Of a stretch of DNA of 64,000 bases, positions 1-10,106 are shown in pieces (within the stretch, counting starts at the first letter, position 1; every line of letters begins with the position of its first letter). The notes beneath the pieces were generated by a model, which worked only from the letters and a program-made list of their open reading frames with translations, was not told where the DNA came from and made no database searches. The stretch covers positions 19,380 through 83,379 of IMG/VR virus record IMGVR_UViG_3300003375_000020. One strand, written 5' to 3'. The translations under genes and the position numbers were made by a program. The stretch comes from a virus. Taxonomy: Duplodnaviria > Caudoviricetes.

Positions 1-933
1 TATAGGGGTCAAAATAAGCTTAAAGCTTCTCAAATGTGCACAGAAATTATGTTACCATCAGATAATGAAAATTCTTTTGTTTGTGATTTAGGTTCTATGA
101 ACGATTTCTATTTTGAAGAATGGAAAGATACTGACTGTGTAGAGGTTTTAACTTTCTTATTGGACGCTGCAATGACAGAATTTATTGATAAAGCTTCTAA
201 AGTAAAATTTTTATCAAGAGCTGTTAATTTTTCAAAAAAACATAGAGCATTAGGAATTGGAAGATTAGGATATCATTCTTTATTACAGGGTAAAATGATT
301 CCTTTTGAAAGTTTAGAAGCAAGGAATTTAAACATCGCGATTCAAAAAAATATACAAGAGAATTCATTAAAAGCCTCAGAAAAATTAGCAAAATTATTTG
401 GTGAATGCGAAATGACAAAAGGATTGGGTAGAAGAAATACAACAACTCAAGCAATTGCACCAACGACTTCTTCAGCATTTATTATGCAAGTTTCTCAAAG
501 CATAGAACCTTGGATGAGTAATTATATGATCAAAGATTTATCTAAAGGAAAGTACATTATTAAAAATGTGTTTTTAGAAAAATTATTAGAATCAAAAGGT
601 AAAAATACTGACGAAATTTGGGAAAGCATTCAAAAACAGCAGGGAAGTATTTTACATTTAGATTGTTTAACAGAAGAAGAAAAATTAGTATTTAAGACTG
701 CTAGAGAAATTTCTCAAACAGAAATTATTATACAAGCATCTCAAAGACAAAAATACATAGATCAAGGTCAATCTTTAAATTTATTTATTACAGCTGACAC
801 AAAAGCAAAAGAAGTAAATGAATTGATGTTATTGGCACATAAAATGGGAATAAAATCTTTGTACTATCAACATAATATTTCAAGCGCGTCGGAATTTGCT
901 AAAAAATTTACTTATTGTGTGTCCTGTGAATAG
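1..933 (+). CDS. nrdA: Ribonucleotide reductase class Ia alpha subunit, C-terminal part (5' truncated by window edge)
   Basis: Frame open from base 1; SQMCTEI active-site loop, LGIG..G, APTTSS, QKYIDQGQSLNL, LYY and C-terminal CVSC motifs. Confidence 0.95.
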   Translation, partial: YRGQNKLKASQMCTEIMLPSDNENSFVCDLGSMNDFYFEEWKDTDCVEVLTFLLDAAMTEFIDKASKVKFLSRAVNFSKKHRALGIGRLGYHSLLQGKMIPFESLEARNLNIAIQKNIQENSLKASEKLAKLFGECEMTKGLGRRNTTTQAIAPTTSSAFIMQVSQSIEPWMSNYMIKDLSKGKYIIKNVFLEKLLESKGKNTDEIWESIQKQQGSILHLDCLTEEEKLVFKTAREISQTEIIIQASQRQKYIDQGQSLNLFITADTKAKEVNELMLLAHKMGIKSLYYQHNISSASEFAKKFTYCVSCE

Positions 934-985
934 TCACAGAAATTAAAAATAGCAATCGTATTCAAGTTTTATTTATATTACAGTT

Positions 986-1192
986 ATGACATTAGAAAAT
1001 TTTTATTTGATAATTATTGTGGCACTTATGATGTTACAAATATACCAATTTAAATTAATTGGTGAAATTAAAAAAGATGCCAACCAAATTTGGGATCAGA
1101 TGGCAATAATTAGCATGATTATGTCTAAAGTTTTAGGTGACACTGTTAATAAGAAAAAACAAGAATCAAATGCAGAAGATACAAAAATCTAA
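986..1192 (+). CDS. Small membrane protein, hypothetical
   Basis: N-terminal hydrophobic helix; CAGTTATG start context. Confidence 0.6.
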   Translation: MTLENFYLIIIVALMMLQIYQFKLIGEIKKDANQIWDQMAIISMIMSKVLGDTVNKKKQESNAEDTKI

Positions 1193-1343
1193 AGGTCTTG
1201 GCGATACAGTCGCTAAAGTCACTAAATTTTTTAAGTTAGATATTTTAGCAGAAAAAATAGCGCATTTATTTGGAAAAGAAGATTGTGGCTGCACAAGAAG
1301 AAAGGACACACTAAATAAGTTGGTTCCTTATAAGAAAAAATAG
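1170..1343 (+). CDS. Small conserved phage protein (GLGDT...DCGC motif)
   Basis: KSKGLGDTVAK...DCGCTRRK..LN pattern I recognise from Bacteroidota phages; start moved to the internal ATG. Confidence 0.65.
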   Translation: MQKIQKSKGLGDTVAKVTKFFKLDILAEKIAHLFGKEDCGCTRRKDTLNKLVPYKKK

Positions 1344-1346
1344 TTT

Positions 1347-3650
1347 ATGGAAAAAAGTTATGTTTTAGTTAATACAAAGGAACTCGTGCAAGAAATGGCA
1401 CGACATATATTAGAGAATGATCTAATAGCATTCGATACAGAGACCACATCCTTAAATCCAAGAAAAGGAGAAATTATAGGTTGGTCAGTTTCAGCCCAAA
1501 TTGGTAAAGGTTATTATCTTCCTACAAAATTATTCGAAAATAACGAATTAATAGATCACGTAATAGATTCAACATCTACATATTTCATTTCTCAAAAAAT
1601 GATTAGCATGTTAGTTGGTAAAAAACTAATTATGCACAATGCTTCATTTGACTGTAGATTTACAAAAAATTATTTTAATGTAGATTTACTGCCTTCTTTA
1701 TATGCTGATACAATGTTATTAGTGCACACAGTAAATGAAGAAGGCGCTGGATTTGGATCCAATTCTCCGTTTGGTTTAAAAAGTATAGCCAAATCAATTC
1801 AAACAGAACTTGGATTAGACATAGAGAAAGCGGCCAATGAAGAACAGATTATATTGAAAGAATCCATCAAAAAAAATGGCGGATCAATTACAAGAGATAA
1901 TTATGAAATTTGGAAAGCAGATATAGAAATTTTGTCTGAATATGCAGCGGCCGATACAGATTTAACACTTAGAGTATACAATCACTTTATAAAAGATCTT
2001 TATGATCAAGAACTTGATAAATTCTTTTTTGAAGATGAAGTAATGCCTTTGTACAAAGAAGTTACAATTCCTATGGAAGAAAAGGGTGTAAGATTGGATA
2101 TGGATTTAATTCTCAAAACCCAAGAAGAAGTTACCCAAGCTCTTGAGGATCACAAGAAGAAGGTCGTTGATGAATTGCTTAGTAATGCTGAGGTTAAGTA
2201 TTGGATCATGCTAAAAGCTGCCGATGCGTTCCCTGCGAATAACCGAGGCACATTTGCAGTAGAATTAATTAATAGAAGTGGAATAGATTTTCCAAAGTCA
2301 GAAAAAACGGGTAAATATAACATCACCAATTCTAACATTCTTAAAATAGAAGCGGGACCTTTAAAAGAATTCTTATTACACGGAGATAAACAAATCTTAG
2401 ATCCTGATGATGTTACTAAAATTCAATTAAAACTTTGGAAAGAGTCCAATGATGGGGATTGGTTTAACATACAATCTAAAGATCAGATGGGTGAAATTGC
2501 TTTTGGAGCTTTGGGCATAAAACACAAATCGACCACAAAAACAGGAAAGCCACAATTTGACGACGATGTAATTCAAATTATCGGAGACACTGAAGAATGG
2601 GCAAAGAATTTAAGAATATATAATAAGTTATTAAAAATTAAGTCTACATACGTAGAAAGATTTTTGGGTAATCAAGAAAACGGTCGATACTATTTTAGTT
2701 ATAAGCAACACGGTACTGTATCAGGAAGATACGGATCAGATGCACAACAATTACCTCGACCAAAAGAAGAGGGCGATGACGATCCAATAGTTATCGAATA
2801 CAATAATAGAGTAAGAGCGTTCTTTATTCCTGACGAACATAACGTATTCATTGACGATGACTACGAATCATTGGAACCGCATGTATTTGCTCACGTTTCC
2901 GGAGACGAAGGCTTAAAAGATATTTTTAGAAATGGATGGGATTTTTATTCAACCATTGCGATAAAGACAGAAAAACTAAATGAATATTCTCCAGATAAAA
3001 AAGCAGATAACTATCTAAGAAAGCTAGCACCAAAATTAAGAAATAAAGCTAAAGCTTACGCTCTCGGTATACCTTATGGTATGGGCGCGTATGCATTAGG
3101 AAAAAATATAGAAGTGCCTACGAAAGAAGCTAAAAAATTAGTTGAAGGTTATTTGTCTGGATTTCCTGAATTAGAGAAGTGGATGAGACGATCAGAAGAT
3201 GATGCAAGAACTTTGGGATACGTTAAAACACAGGTTGGTAGAATTAGACATTTACCAAAAGTAAAAGCCATCTATGAACAAATTGGAGATGCTATGTTGG
3301 ATTACAACACAAAAAAACAAATGTCTTATTCTCATGGTGAAGATTTTATTAAAAGCATTTCTAGGGATTTTATAAATGGATTAAACAATAGTAAAAATTA
3401 TCAGATACAAAGTTTATCTGCTTCTATCGTAAACAGAGCAGCTATACAAATTAATAGAAGATTTAAACAGAATAATATAGTTGGATGGGTTTGCGCGCAA
3501 ATACACGATCAGCTTATAATCGAAGTAGAAATTTCAAGATCAGAAGAAGCGATGTTTATAGTTCAAGATTGTATGGAAAATACTACAAAATTAACATTAG
3601 ATTTAAAAGCAGTTCCTGTATTGGCTAAGAACTTCAGAGATGGACACTAA
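1347..3650 (+). CDS. polA: Family A DNA polymerase with 3'-5' exonuclease domain
   Basis: FDTETT and HNASFD exo motifs; TVSGRY; DYESLE (motif A); RNKAKAYALGIPYG (motif B); QIHDQ (motif C). Confidence 0.96.
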   Translation: MEKSYVLVNTKELVQEMARHILENDLIAFDTETTSLNPRKGEIIGWSVSAQIGKGYYLPTKLFENNELIDHVIDSTSTYFISQKMISMLVGKKLIMHNASFDCRFTKNYFNVDLLPSLYADTMLLVHTVNEEGAGFGSNSPFGLKSIAKSIQTELGLDIEKAANEEQIILKESIKKNGGSITRDNYEIWKADIEILSEYAAADTDLTLRVYNHFIKDLYDQELDKFFFEDEVMPLYKEVTIPMEEKGVRLDMDLILKTQEEVTQALEDHKKKVVDELLSNAEVKYWIMLKAADAFPANNRGTFAVELINRSGIDFPKSEKTGKYNITNSNILKIEAGPLKEFLLHGDKQILDPDDVTKIQLKLWKESNDGDWFNIQSKDQMGEIAFGALGIKHKSTTKTGKPQFDDDVIQIIGDTEEWAKNLRIYNKLLKIKSTYVERFLGNQENGRYYFSYKQHGTVSGRYGSDAQQLPRPKEEGDDDPIVIEYNNRVRAFFIPDEHNVFIDDDYESLEPHVFAHVSGDEGLKDIFRNGWDFYSTIAIKTEKLNEYSPDKKADNYLRKLAPKLRNKAKAYALGIPYGMGAYALGKNIEVPTKEAKKLVEGYLSGFPELEKWMRRSEDDARTLGYVKTQVGRIRHLPKVKAIYEQIGDAMLDYNTKKQMSYSHGEDFIKSISRDFINGLNNSKNYQIQSLSASIVNRAAIQINRRFKQNNIVGWVCAQIHDQLIIEVEISRSEEAMFIVQDCMENTTKLTLDLKAVPVLAKNFRDGH

Positions 3651-3701
3651 AAAATTAAATTTTTTTATAAATGCTAGTTTGCGTATATTTATTAGAAATA
3701 A

Positions 3702-3717
3702 TAGGTACTTAGTAGGC
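3702..3717 (+). repeat. Left arm of a 16-bp perfect inverted repeat (TAGGTACTTAGTAGGC)
   Basis: Exact reverse complement at 4870-4885. Confidence 0.95.
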
Positions 3718-3775
3718 CTTTAGTTATAAAAAATAAACATAAACCGTTCACCAAAAGGGAACACAAAACTAAACC

Positions 3776-4357
3776 ATGGCGATAGTATATCAGCATAAAA
3801 GAAAAGATACTGGAGAGATATTCTATGTGGGAATAGGAAAAGAAGAGAGTAGAGCTTATGAATATGGTAGAAATTATCTATGGCAAAAAATTGTAGATGA
3901 AACTGAATATGATATTGAAATAACTCATAGAGATATTATTTATGAAGAGGCTTGTTCAATAGAAAAATATATCATAGCTTTTTGGGGAAGAAAAAATTTA
4001 GGACTCGGTCCATTAACCAATTTAACGGATGGCGGAGATACAACAGAGGGATATAGACATACAGAAAACACAAAAGAAAAAATAAGCAATACATTAATTG
4101 GCTTTAAACACTCTCAAGAATCAATTCAAAAAATTGCGGATTCTCATAAAGAAGCGCCATTATCTAATTATCATAGATACAAAATAAGTATCGGAAATTC
4201 AAATAAGCCAAAATCAAACGAACATAGAAAATCATTAAGTTTTGCTAAATTAGGAGTAAAACATAAGATTGTGATTTGCCCGTGTTGTAATAAAAGCGGG
4301 GGAATAGTTAATATGCATAGATATCATTTTGAAAATTGTAAATACATAAAAAAATGA
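3776..4357 (+). mobile_element. Free-standing GIY-YIG-type homing endonuclease with NUMOD3-like repeats
   Basis: VYQH...IFYVGIG..SRA N-terminus; NLTDGGD; H(T/S)xExKxKIS repeats. Confidence 0.8.
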
Positions 4358-4432
4358 CACGTAAATCGGTCACTAGTTATATAATAATTATTTATTAATC
4401 GCTCACTAAAAAGGAGCACAAATTTTAAAACT

Positions 4433-4864
4433 ATGATAATACAAAAATCATTTGAATTGGACAATTTTGACCTATTATGGCGAGATCTTTTCGACACACA
4501 ATCAAATTTCTCTGCAATTACGCAGAAAGTAACACACCCAGTAGACATTTACGAAACCGAAGACGGAATTCAATTTGAAGTTGCCGCTGTAGGACTTAAT
4601 CAAGAAGACATAGAAATTTTAACCGAAGGAGATTTACTTCGTATTCGTTATGATGGTAAACAAAATAATGATAAATCCCCCATTTATAAGGGAATTAAAA
4701 GATCAGGATTCGACCTTAGTTGGAAAATTTCTAGTAAATTTGAATTATCTAAACTAACTGCTTCTTTAGATAAAGGATTGTTGATTCTAAACATTCCTAT
4801 TGCAGAAGGTAAAGCAACAAAGAGAATAGAAATTACAACTCCAAAACAATTATTAAAAGGTTAA
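4433..4864 (+). CDS. hsp20: Small heat-shock protein (Hsp20/alpha-crystallin)
   Basis: PVDIYET, GLNQEDIEI, GIKRSGF, ASLDKGLLILNIP alpha-crystallin pattern. Confidence 0.92.
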   Translation: MIIQKSFELDNFDLLWRDLFDTQSNFSAITQKVTHPVDIYETEDGIQFEVAAVGLNQEDIEILTEGDLLRIRYDGKQNNDKSPIYKGIKRSGFDLSWKISSKFELSKLTASLDKGLLILNIPIAEGKATKRIEITTPKQLLKG

Positions 4865-4869
4865 AATAA

Positions 4870-4885
4870 GCCTACTAAGTACCTA
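4870..4885 (-). repeat. Right arm of the 16-bp inverted repeat (GCCTACTAAGTACCTA)
   Basis: Reverse complement of 3702-3717; lies 5 nt after the hsp20 stop. Confidence 0.95.
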
Positions 4886-4889
4886 AGTT

Positions 4890-5081
4890 ATGTTTTCAAT
4901 TTGCAAAAATTTCATTAAAGTAAATGATGATCTTTTTCTTGTAAAAAGAACGTTTAAAGAAGAAGACATTAAAAATCTCGATTTAGCTAAAGAACTATTA
5001 GGAACTCCTCACGTTTTTAGAAATAACGGATTATTTTATTTTACTGAAAAAATAGAAGAACTAGAATTAATCACAGAATAA
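4890..5081 (+). CDS. Hypothetical protein
   Basis: AAGTTATG start; tight packing between hsp20 and groES. Confidence 0.6.
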   Translation: MFSICKNFIKVNDDLFLVKRTFKEEDIKNLDLAKELLGTPHVFRNNGLFYFTEKIEELELITE

Positions 5082-5086
5082 ATAAT

Positions 5087-5380
5087 ATGAGTAAATTAAA
5101 TCCAAAAAATGGTTTCGCTATATTGAAACCGATAGAAGAACAAGAACAGACTTACGGAAATATCGTAATTCCTGATCTTGGAAAAGAACGTCCTGAAATG
5201 GGGGAAGTTATAGCAGTAAGCCAAACTTATAATTGGCACCGTGGAGAATACGTAGATTCTCAATTTGAAATTGGACAAAAAGTTCTAATTCCAAAAATGG
5301 GAACTATGAAAACCACAGTAGAAGGAGAAGATTATTTTATCACAAAAGACACAGAAATTCTATCTGTAATAGAAGACTAA
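5087..5380 (+). CDS. groES: Co-chaperonin GroES
   Basis: GNIVIPD mobile loop, GEVIAV, GQKVL...EGEDY...EILSVI; directly upstream of groEL. Confidence 0.9.
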   Translation: MSKLNPKNGFAILKPIEEQEQTYGNIVIPDLGKERPEMGEVIAVSQTYNWHRGEYVDSQFEIGQKVLIPKMGTMKTTVEGEDYFITKDTEILSVIED

Positions 5381-5384
5381 AATT

Positions 5385-7031
5385 ATGAGTAAAACACAAT
5401 TCATTAAAGGACAAGAATTAAAAGAAAAATTATTCGCAGGAATTGAAAAATTAAATACTGCAGTTAGCTCTACATTAGGACCAGGAGGTAGAACTGTTTT
5501 AATTAAAGATTCAAACGGAGAAATTAAAGCTACAAAAGATGGAGTTTCCGTTGCAAAATCATTTGGAGAGTTGGAAGATCCAATTGAAACTATTGGTGCG
5601 ACTTTAGTGAAACAAGTATCTATTAAATCTGCAGACGAAGCAGGAGATGGTACAACAACATCTACTTTATTAGCAACTAAAATTGTTGAAGAAGGATTAA
5701 AAAATATCCGTCAGGGTACTAATGCGGTTGAGATTAAATCAGGTATTGATGAAGCAGTAGAATTTATTATTAACGAAATTAAAAATAAAGCAGAAGACGT
5801 TTCATCTCAAGCACAAATTAAGCAAGTAGCAACTATTTCAGGAAACAATGATGAAGAAATTGGTAATTTAATTTCTACTGCGATTGAAAAAGTTGGTCGT
5901 GAAGGAGTTGTTACTATCGAAGAATCTAAAACTGGAGAAACTAGTTTGGAAGTCGTTGAAGGTATGCAATTTGATAGAGGATTTAAATCACCTTATTTTG
6001 TTACAAACAATACCGATATGACTGCTGGCTTAGAAAGTCCATATATTTTATTGTATGATGGAAGAATCTCTTCGGCGCAAGAATTATTACAAGTATTAAC
6101 TATTGCTAATGCTGAAAATAAATCTTTATTGATCATCTCAGAAGACATTGGAGACGAAGCTTTAGCAACTCTTATCGTTAATAAAATGAGAGGAATCGTT
6201 AAAGTAGCCGCAGTTAAAGCTCCTGATTTTGGACCAAGAAAAACATTAATTTTAGAAGATATAGCAATTTTAACAGGTGGTACAGTTATTTCTAAAGATA
6301 AAGGACACAAATTAGATAAATTAACAGCTGCTCAAATTTCAAGTTTTTTAGGTAATGCGAGAATGGCTACAATTTCTAAAGAAGAAACAACAATCGTAGA
6401 TGGTAAAGGTAGTGCAGATGCAATTGAACAGAGAGCTGAAGAAATTAAAGAGCAAATTGAAAAAGCAACCTCTTTCTATGAAAAAGAAAAATTACAAGAA
6501 AGACTTGGTAAATTAATTGGCGGGGTTGCAATCATTAATGTTGGAGGAAATTCAGACATTGAAATTAAAGAAAAGAAAGACAGAGTAGAAGATGCTCTAT
6601 ACGCAACTAAAGCAGCATTGGCCGACGGTATTGTTGTTGGAGGTGGTGTGGCTCTTTATAAAGCAGCTCAAAAATTAAAATCAACTGGATTATCTTTATC
6701 TTCTGAAATCGCCTACGGAATTGTAAAGAAAGCATGCGAAGCTCCATTTAAAACTATCTTAGCTAATACTGGAAAAGAAAATTGGTATGAAATTGCTCAA
6801 GAAGTAATGACATCGTCGAATCTTAACGCTACGTATGATGCAAAAGTTGGTAAAGTAGTAGATGCTATTGAGCACGGATTAATTGATCCGGCTAAAGTAG
6901 TAATTACTGCACTTAAAAATGCGTCTTCAGTTGCCGGAACAATTCTTACTACAGAATCGGTGATCTTTGAAAAGAAAGCAAAAGACGAAACTACCTCAGA
7001 TCCGATGATGGGTATGGGTGGAATGATGTAA
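5385..7031 (+). CDS. groEL: Group I chaperonin GroEL
   Basis: [48 protein letters not shown] and MMGMGGMM tail. Confidence 0.98.
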   Translation: MSKTQFIKGQELKEKLFAGIEKLNTAVSSTLGPGGRTVLIKDSNGEIKATKDGVSVAKSFGELEDPIETIGATLVKQVSIKSADEAGDGTTTSTLLATKIVEEGLKNIRQGTNAVEIKSGIDEAVEFIINEIKNKAEDVSSQAQIKQVATISGNNDEEIGNLISTAIEKVGREGVVTIEESKTGETSLEVVEGMQFDRGFKSPYFVTNNTDMTAGLESPYILLYDGRISSAQELLQVLTIANAENKSLLIISEDIGDEALATLIVNKMRGIVKVAAVKAPDFGPRKTLILEDIAILTGGTVISKDKGHKLDKLTAAQISSFLGNARMATISKEETTIVDGKGSADAIEQRAEEIKEQIEKATSFYEKEKLQERLGKLIGGVAIINVGGNSDIEIKEKKDRVEDALYATKAALADGIVVGGGVALYKAAQKLKSTGLSLSSEIAYGIVKKACEAPFKTILANTGKENWYEIAQEVMTSSNLNATYDAKVGKVVDAIEHGLIDPAKVVITALKNASSVAGTILTTESVIFEKKAKDETTSDPMMGMGGMM

Positions 7032-7098
7032 GTTTTAAGTGGAAAGATAAATTTCCTTAATTGAAAATAAGTAGTTATATTAGTATAAATAATAAGTT

Positions 7099-8034
7099 AT
7101 GAAAATAGGATTAATTAGCATGCTAGGAAATGTTGGTACCACACTAAACTCTCAAGGTGGAGCGTATGGATTAATAGTAACTAGAATGCTTAAAGATAAT
7201 CATCCGCAAGATGAAGTTATAGCGAACCCCGATCCAAAAGATTGGGGTTCTTTTGATATACTATACGATTGTGAAGGAGTCAATTTTGTAGCAGGATCTT
7301 TTAATATTCCTGGTGGACCACGACCCATTCACAAAGAAAAAATGCAAGCCATTGCAGACTTTAAAGGAGTGCTTAGATTCTCTGATATTATATTTGACTA
7401 TAACAAATTTAATGCTAGATTAAAAATAGAAAATGTGCAATATCCAGATGTTAATCATATCTCGTGGTATAATACTTTTTTATCACAAGGATTTAAATCT
7501 AAAAAAGCAGTGATTGGAGATTCTCATGCATTATCAGTGTGGAGACCAAAACATACACTAGACTTTACTCCTGGTAGAACATTGTATGGATTTCTAAAAA
7601 GAGAATCTCCAGAATCGTATAACGAAACATTCGATGATGTTACACTATATTTTGGAAATATTGATTTAAGATTTCATTTATATAGACAACAAAATCCAGA
7701 AGGCGCAACAAAAGAATTATTTGAAAGATACATTGATTTTGCAAGACAATTAAAAAATCCTACTTTAGTAGAACCTTTACCAATCGAGCATGAATCAAGA
7801 AAAATTCCTGGTACAGGATTATATAAAAAGCAACCATTCTTTGGATCAAGAAATGAAAGAATGCGATTAAGACAAGTTGCAGTAGACGTATTAAGAAATT
7901 CTGGTTTTCCATTAATACAATGGCCAGAAGAATGGATAGACGAAGATGGTACTAAAATGCTAGATATTCTAGAGTCTAAAAGTTCAGTGCATTTAAAACC
8001 GAAGAATTATCCATTTTTAAAAGAAATACTATGA
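7099..8034 (+). CDS. Conserved phage protein with SGNH/GDSL-like GDSH motif, coupled to the PLP enzyme
   Basis: AVIGDSHA, FGNIDLRFH, D..HLKP; 4-nt overlap with the next gene. Confidence 0.55.
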   Translation: MKIGLISMLGNVGTTLNSQGGAYGLIVTRMLKDNHPQDEVIANPDPKDWGSFDILYDCEGVNFVAGSFNIPGGPRPIHKEKMQAIADFKGVLRFSDIIFDYNKFNARLKIENVQYPDVNHISWYNTFLSQGFKSKKAVIGDSHALSVWRPKHTLDFTPGRTLYGFLKRESPESYNETFDDVTLYFGNIDLRFHLYRQQNPEGATKELFERYIDFARQLKNPTLVEPLPIEHESRKIPGTGLYKKQPFFGSRNERMRLRQVAVDVLRNSGFPLIQWPEEWIDEDGTKMLDILESKSSVHLKPKNYPFLKEIL

Positions 8035-8939
8035 CATTTGAAATTACAACAGATGTAAGAAATAAAGACATTCCAGAAGGAATGAGTGTAGAACAGGCTA
8101 AACAATATTATTTAGATATGTACGGAACAGGATTTGTTTCGAGAATGCCTAAAGTAATAATAGAACCATTTGAAGATAAGTTTATTGTTCGATGTGATTT
8201 ATCTTTAGCAGGATTTAAAGCGTTTGCTGCAGAAAAAGTAATCGCAGAATGTCCTAAAGATACGTTTGTTTACGTAGCACCAAGAGTTGGTCACGCACCC
8301 GAAGCAATTGCGAATTTAGCTCAATTATATGGTAAAAAATGTGTATTCTTTGCTCCTGCTTCAAAAGAAGTTTCAAAGCATCAAGCAGTTGTAATGGCTT
8401 ACGGAGCTGATCTAAGATTTGTTAAAACTCCTGCGATGCCGACAATTAATATTTACGCTAAAAGATGGGCAGAAAAAAATAATGCTCAATATTTAAATTT
8501 TGGTTTATCAGGAATTCCAGCAGTAACAGCCGGAATTGTAAATTTTGCTAATGGTATTCCAGAACCACCAGAATTTTGGTGTGCAGTATCAACAGGAACT
8601 ATGATCAGAGGTTTACAAATTGGTTGGCCAAATGCTAAACCTTACGGTGTTGCGGTTGCAAGAAATATAAAGAAAGGCGAAATTGGTAGAGCGATTTTAG
8701 AAAGCGCAACAATACCATTTTTAAAACCGCTTAAAGCAGAATTACTTCCTCCGTTTCAAACAACTGCCACCTATGATGCCAAAGCATTCGATGTATTCAG
8801 AAGAAAAGCAAAAGCGGGTGCTTATTTTATTAATGTTGGTGCTGACGCTCAAATAGAAAAAAGAGTTAAAGAAGTAGATATGAAATCAGTAGATTCTCAA
8901 AGGGCTTGGGGAGATATGAGAGATTTAGAAAGAGCATAA
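8031..8939 (+). CDS. PLP-dependent enzyme, fold type II (PALP; cysteine synthase/ACC deaminase-like)
   Basis: VRCDL..AGFK (PLP lysine), AYGADL, WCAVSTGT phosphate loop, TYDAK. Confidence 0.8.
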   Translation: MTFEITTDVRNKDIPEGMSVEQAKQYYLDMYGTGFVSRMPKVIIEPFEDKFIVRCDLSLAGFKAFAAEKVIAECPKDTFVYVAPRVGHAPEAIANLAQLYGKKCVFFAPASKEVSKHQAVVMAYGADLRFVKTPAMPTINIYAKRWAEKNNAQYLNFGLSGIPAVTAGIVNFANGIPEPPEFWCAVSTGTMIRGLQIGWPNAKPYGVAVARNIKKGEIGRAILESATIPFLKPLKAELLPPFQTTATYDAKAFDVFRRKAKAGAYFINVGADAQIEKRVKEVDMKSVDSQRAWGDMRDLERA

Positions 8940-8950
8940 AATAATGTAAT

Positions 8951-9133
8951 ATGCAAATAGGAACTATAATAATATCTGAACCATACATACAATCTGACTA
9001 TGATGTATCTAAAAAAGTTTTATATATAATGGAATCTAATATTAGAAGAATGAAGCATATGATAGATAATGGATTTTATGTAAGTGAATATTCAGAAAAA
9101 GCATGGCAACAATTTAAAGCATTAAACGTATAA
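8951..9133 (+). CDS. Hypothetical protein
   Basis: ORF in a gene-dense operon. Confidence 0.5.
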   Translation: MQIGTIIISEPYIQSDYDVSKKVLYIMESNIRRMKHMIDNGFYVSEYSEKAWQQFKALNV

Positions 9134-9134
9134 T

Positions 9135-9428
9135 ATGGCAACAGTAAAAAAACAAAGTATTTTACAACAAGCGCATGAAATAGTTTTTGAAAGAAATGAA
9201 GAGAAAGAACGCATGTACGGTGACTTTATAGAAGGCATGGAACAAACCGCCAGAATCGCATCAGAGATGTCCAGGAAAGAAATAACTACACAAGATGCTT
9301 ATAATGTATTAATAGCATTAAAGCTATCCAGAGCGTCTTGGAATTACAAACAGGATAACTATTTAGACGCTTTAGCATACATGGCGTCATTAGATCAGTA
9401 TTTAAACACAAAAAATAAAATAAAATGA
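9135..9428 (+). CDS. DUF6378-like helical phage protein
   Basis: SILQQA...R..YG...LK..R....DNYLD...Y pattern. Confidence 0.7.
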   Translation: MATVKKQSILQQAHEIVFERNEEKERMYGDFIEGMEQTARIASEMSRKEITTQDAYNVLIALKLSRASWNYKQDNYLDALAYMASLDQYLNTKNKIK

Positions 9429-9577
9429 CAGTAGAAGAAAAAGCAGCAATTTATGATCAAATAGATCAATTTTTATCAGAATGTTATGAAGTAGATGAAC
9501 AAGGAAATCCACTTGATGAAGATATGGATTTAATTGTAATTGGTGAAGGAGTTGCTAATATAATGGGATATCTTTAA
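9425..9577 (+). CDS. Small acidic hypothetical protein (50 aa, below the ORF-track cut-off)
   Basis: MTVEEKAAIYDQIDQFLSECYEVDEQGNPLDEDMDLIVIGEGVANIMGYL; overlaps the upstream stop. Confidence 0.6.
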   Translation: MTVEEKAAIYDQIDQFLSECYEVDEQGNPLDEDMDLIVIGEGVANIMGYL

Positions 9578-9587
9578 AATAAATAAT

Positions 9588-9863
9588 ATGTGCGTAGTAT
9601 CAATGATAGGTGATCATTATAATCATAAATGGAATCAGCCTAATTATCAACAATATTTTACAAATATACATAACATTAGCAGAGAAGAATTTAATACTCT
9701 TAAAAAAGAAGTTGAAGAAATGAAACAGCTTCTTATAAAAGCTAAAATTTATGATGAAAAAAATAATGAACCTAATTGTGAAATAGAGAACAAAATTGCA
9801 ACTCTAAAAAAAATAGCGGAATTAATGGGTGTAAATCTTAATGATGTTTTTAAAGAAAAATAA
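9588..9863 (+). CDS. Hypothetical coiled-coil protein
   Basis: MCVVSMIGD...EPNCE pattern; operon packing. Confidence 0.6.
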   Translation: MCVVSMIGDHYNHKWNQPNYQQYFTNIHNISREEFNTLKKEVEEMKQLLIKAKIYDEKNNEPNCEIENKIATLKKIAELMGVNLNDVFKEK

Positions 9864-9868
9864 ATAAT

Positions 9869-10105
9869 ATGAATGAATTAGTTTCAAATGATGGTCAACT
9901 ATTTGTTAAATTAGACCGAACAGATGTATTACACATCGATGCCGGAAATTCTCCAGGTATGACTACGTATAAAGGAAAATTAAATTGGGAAGTAGAATAT
10001 AATTATTTTTTAAAACCTGGTACAGGATCTTTGGTTTTAAAAGTACCATTAACAGTATCTGATGAAGATATGATGAATAACTATACAAATTATATAATAC
10101 ACTAA
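9869..10105 (+). CDS. Hypothetical protein
   Basis: Operon packing. Confidence 0.5.
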   Translation: MNELVSNDGQLFVKLDRTDVLHIDAGNSPGMTTYKGKLNWEVEYNYFLKPGTGSLVLKVPLTVSDEDMMNNYTNYIIH

Positions 10106-10106
10106 T

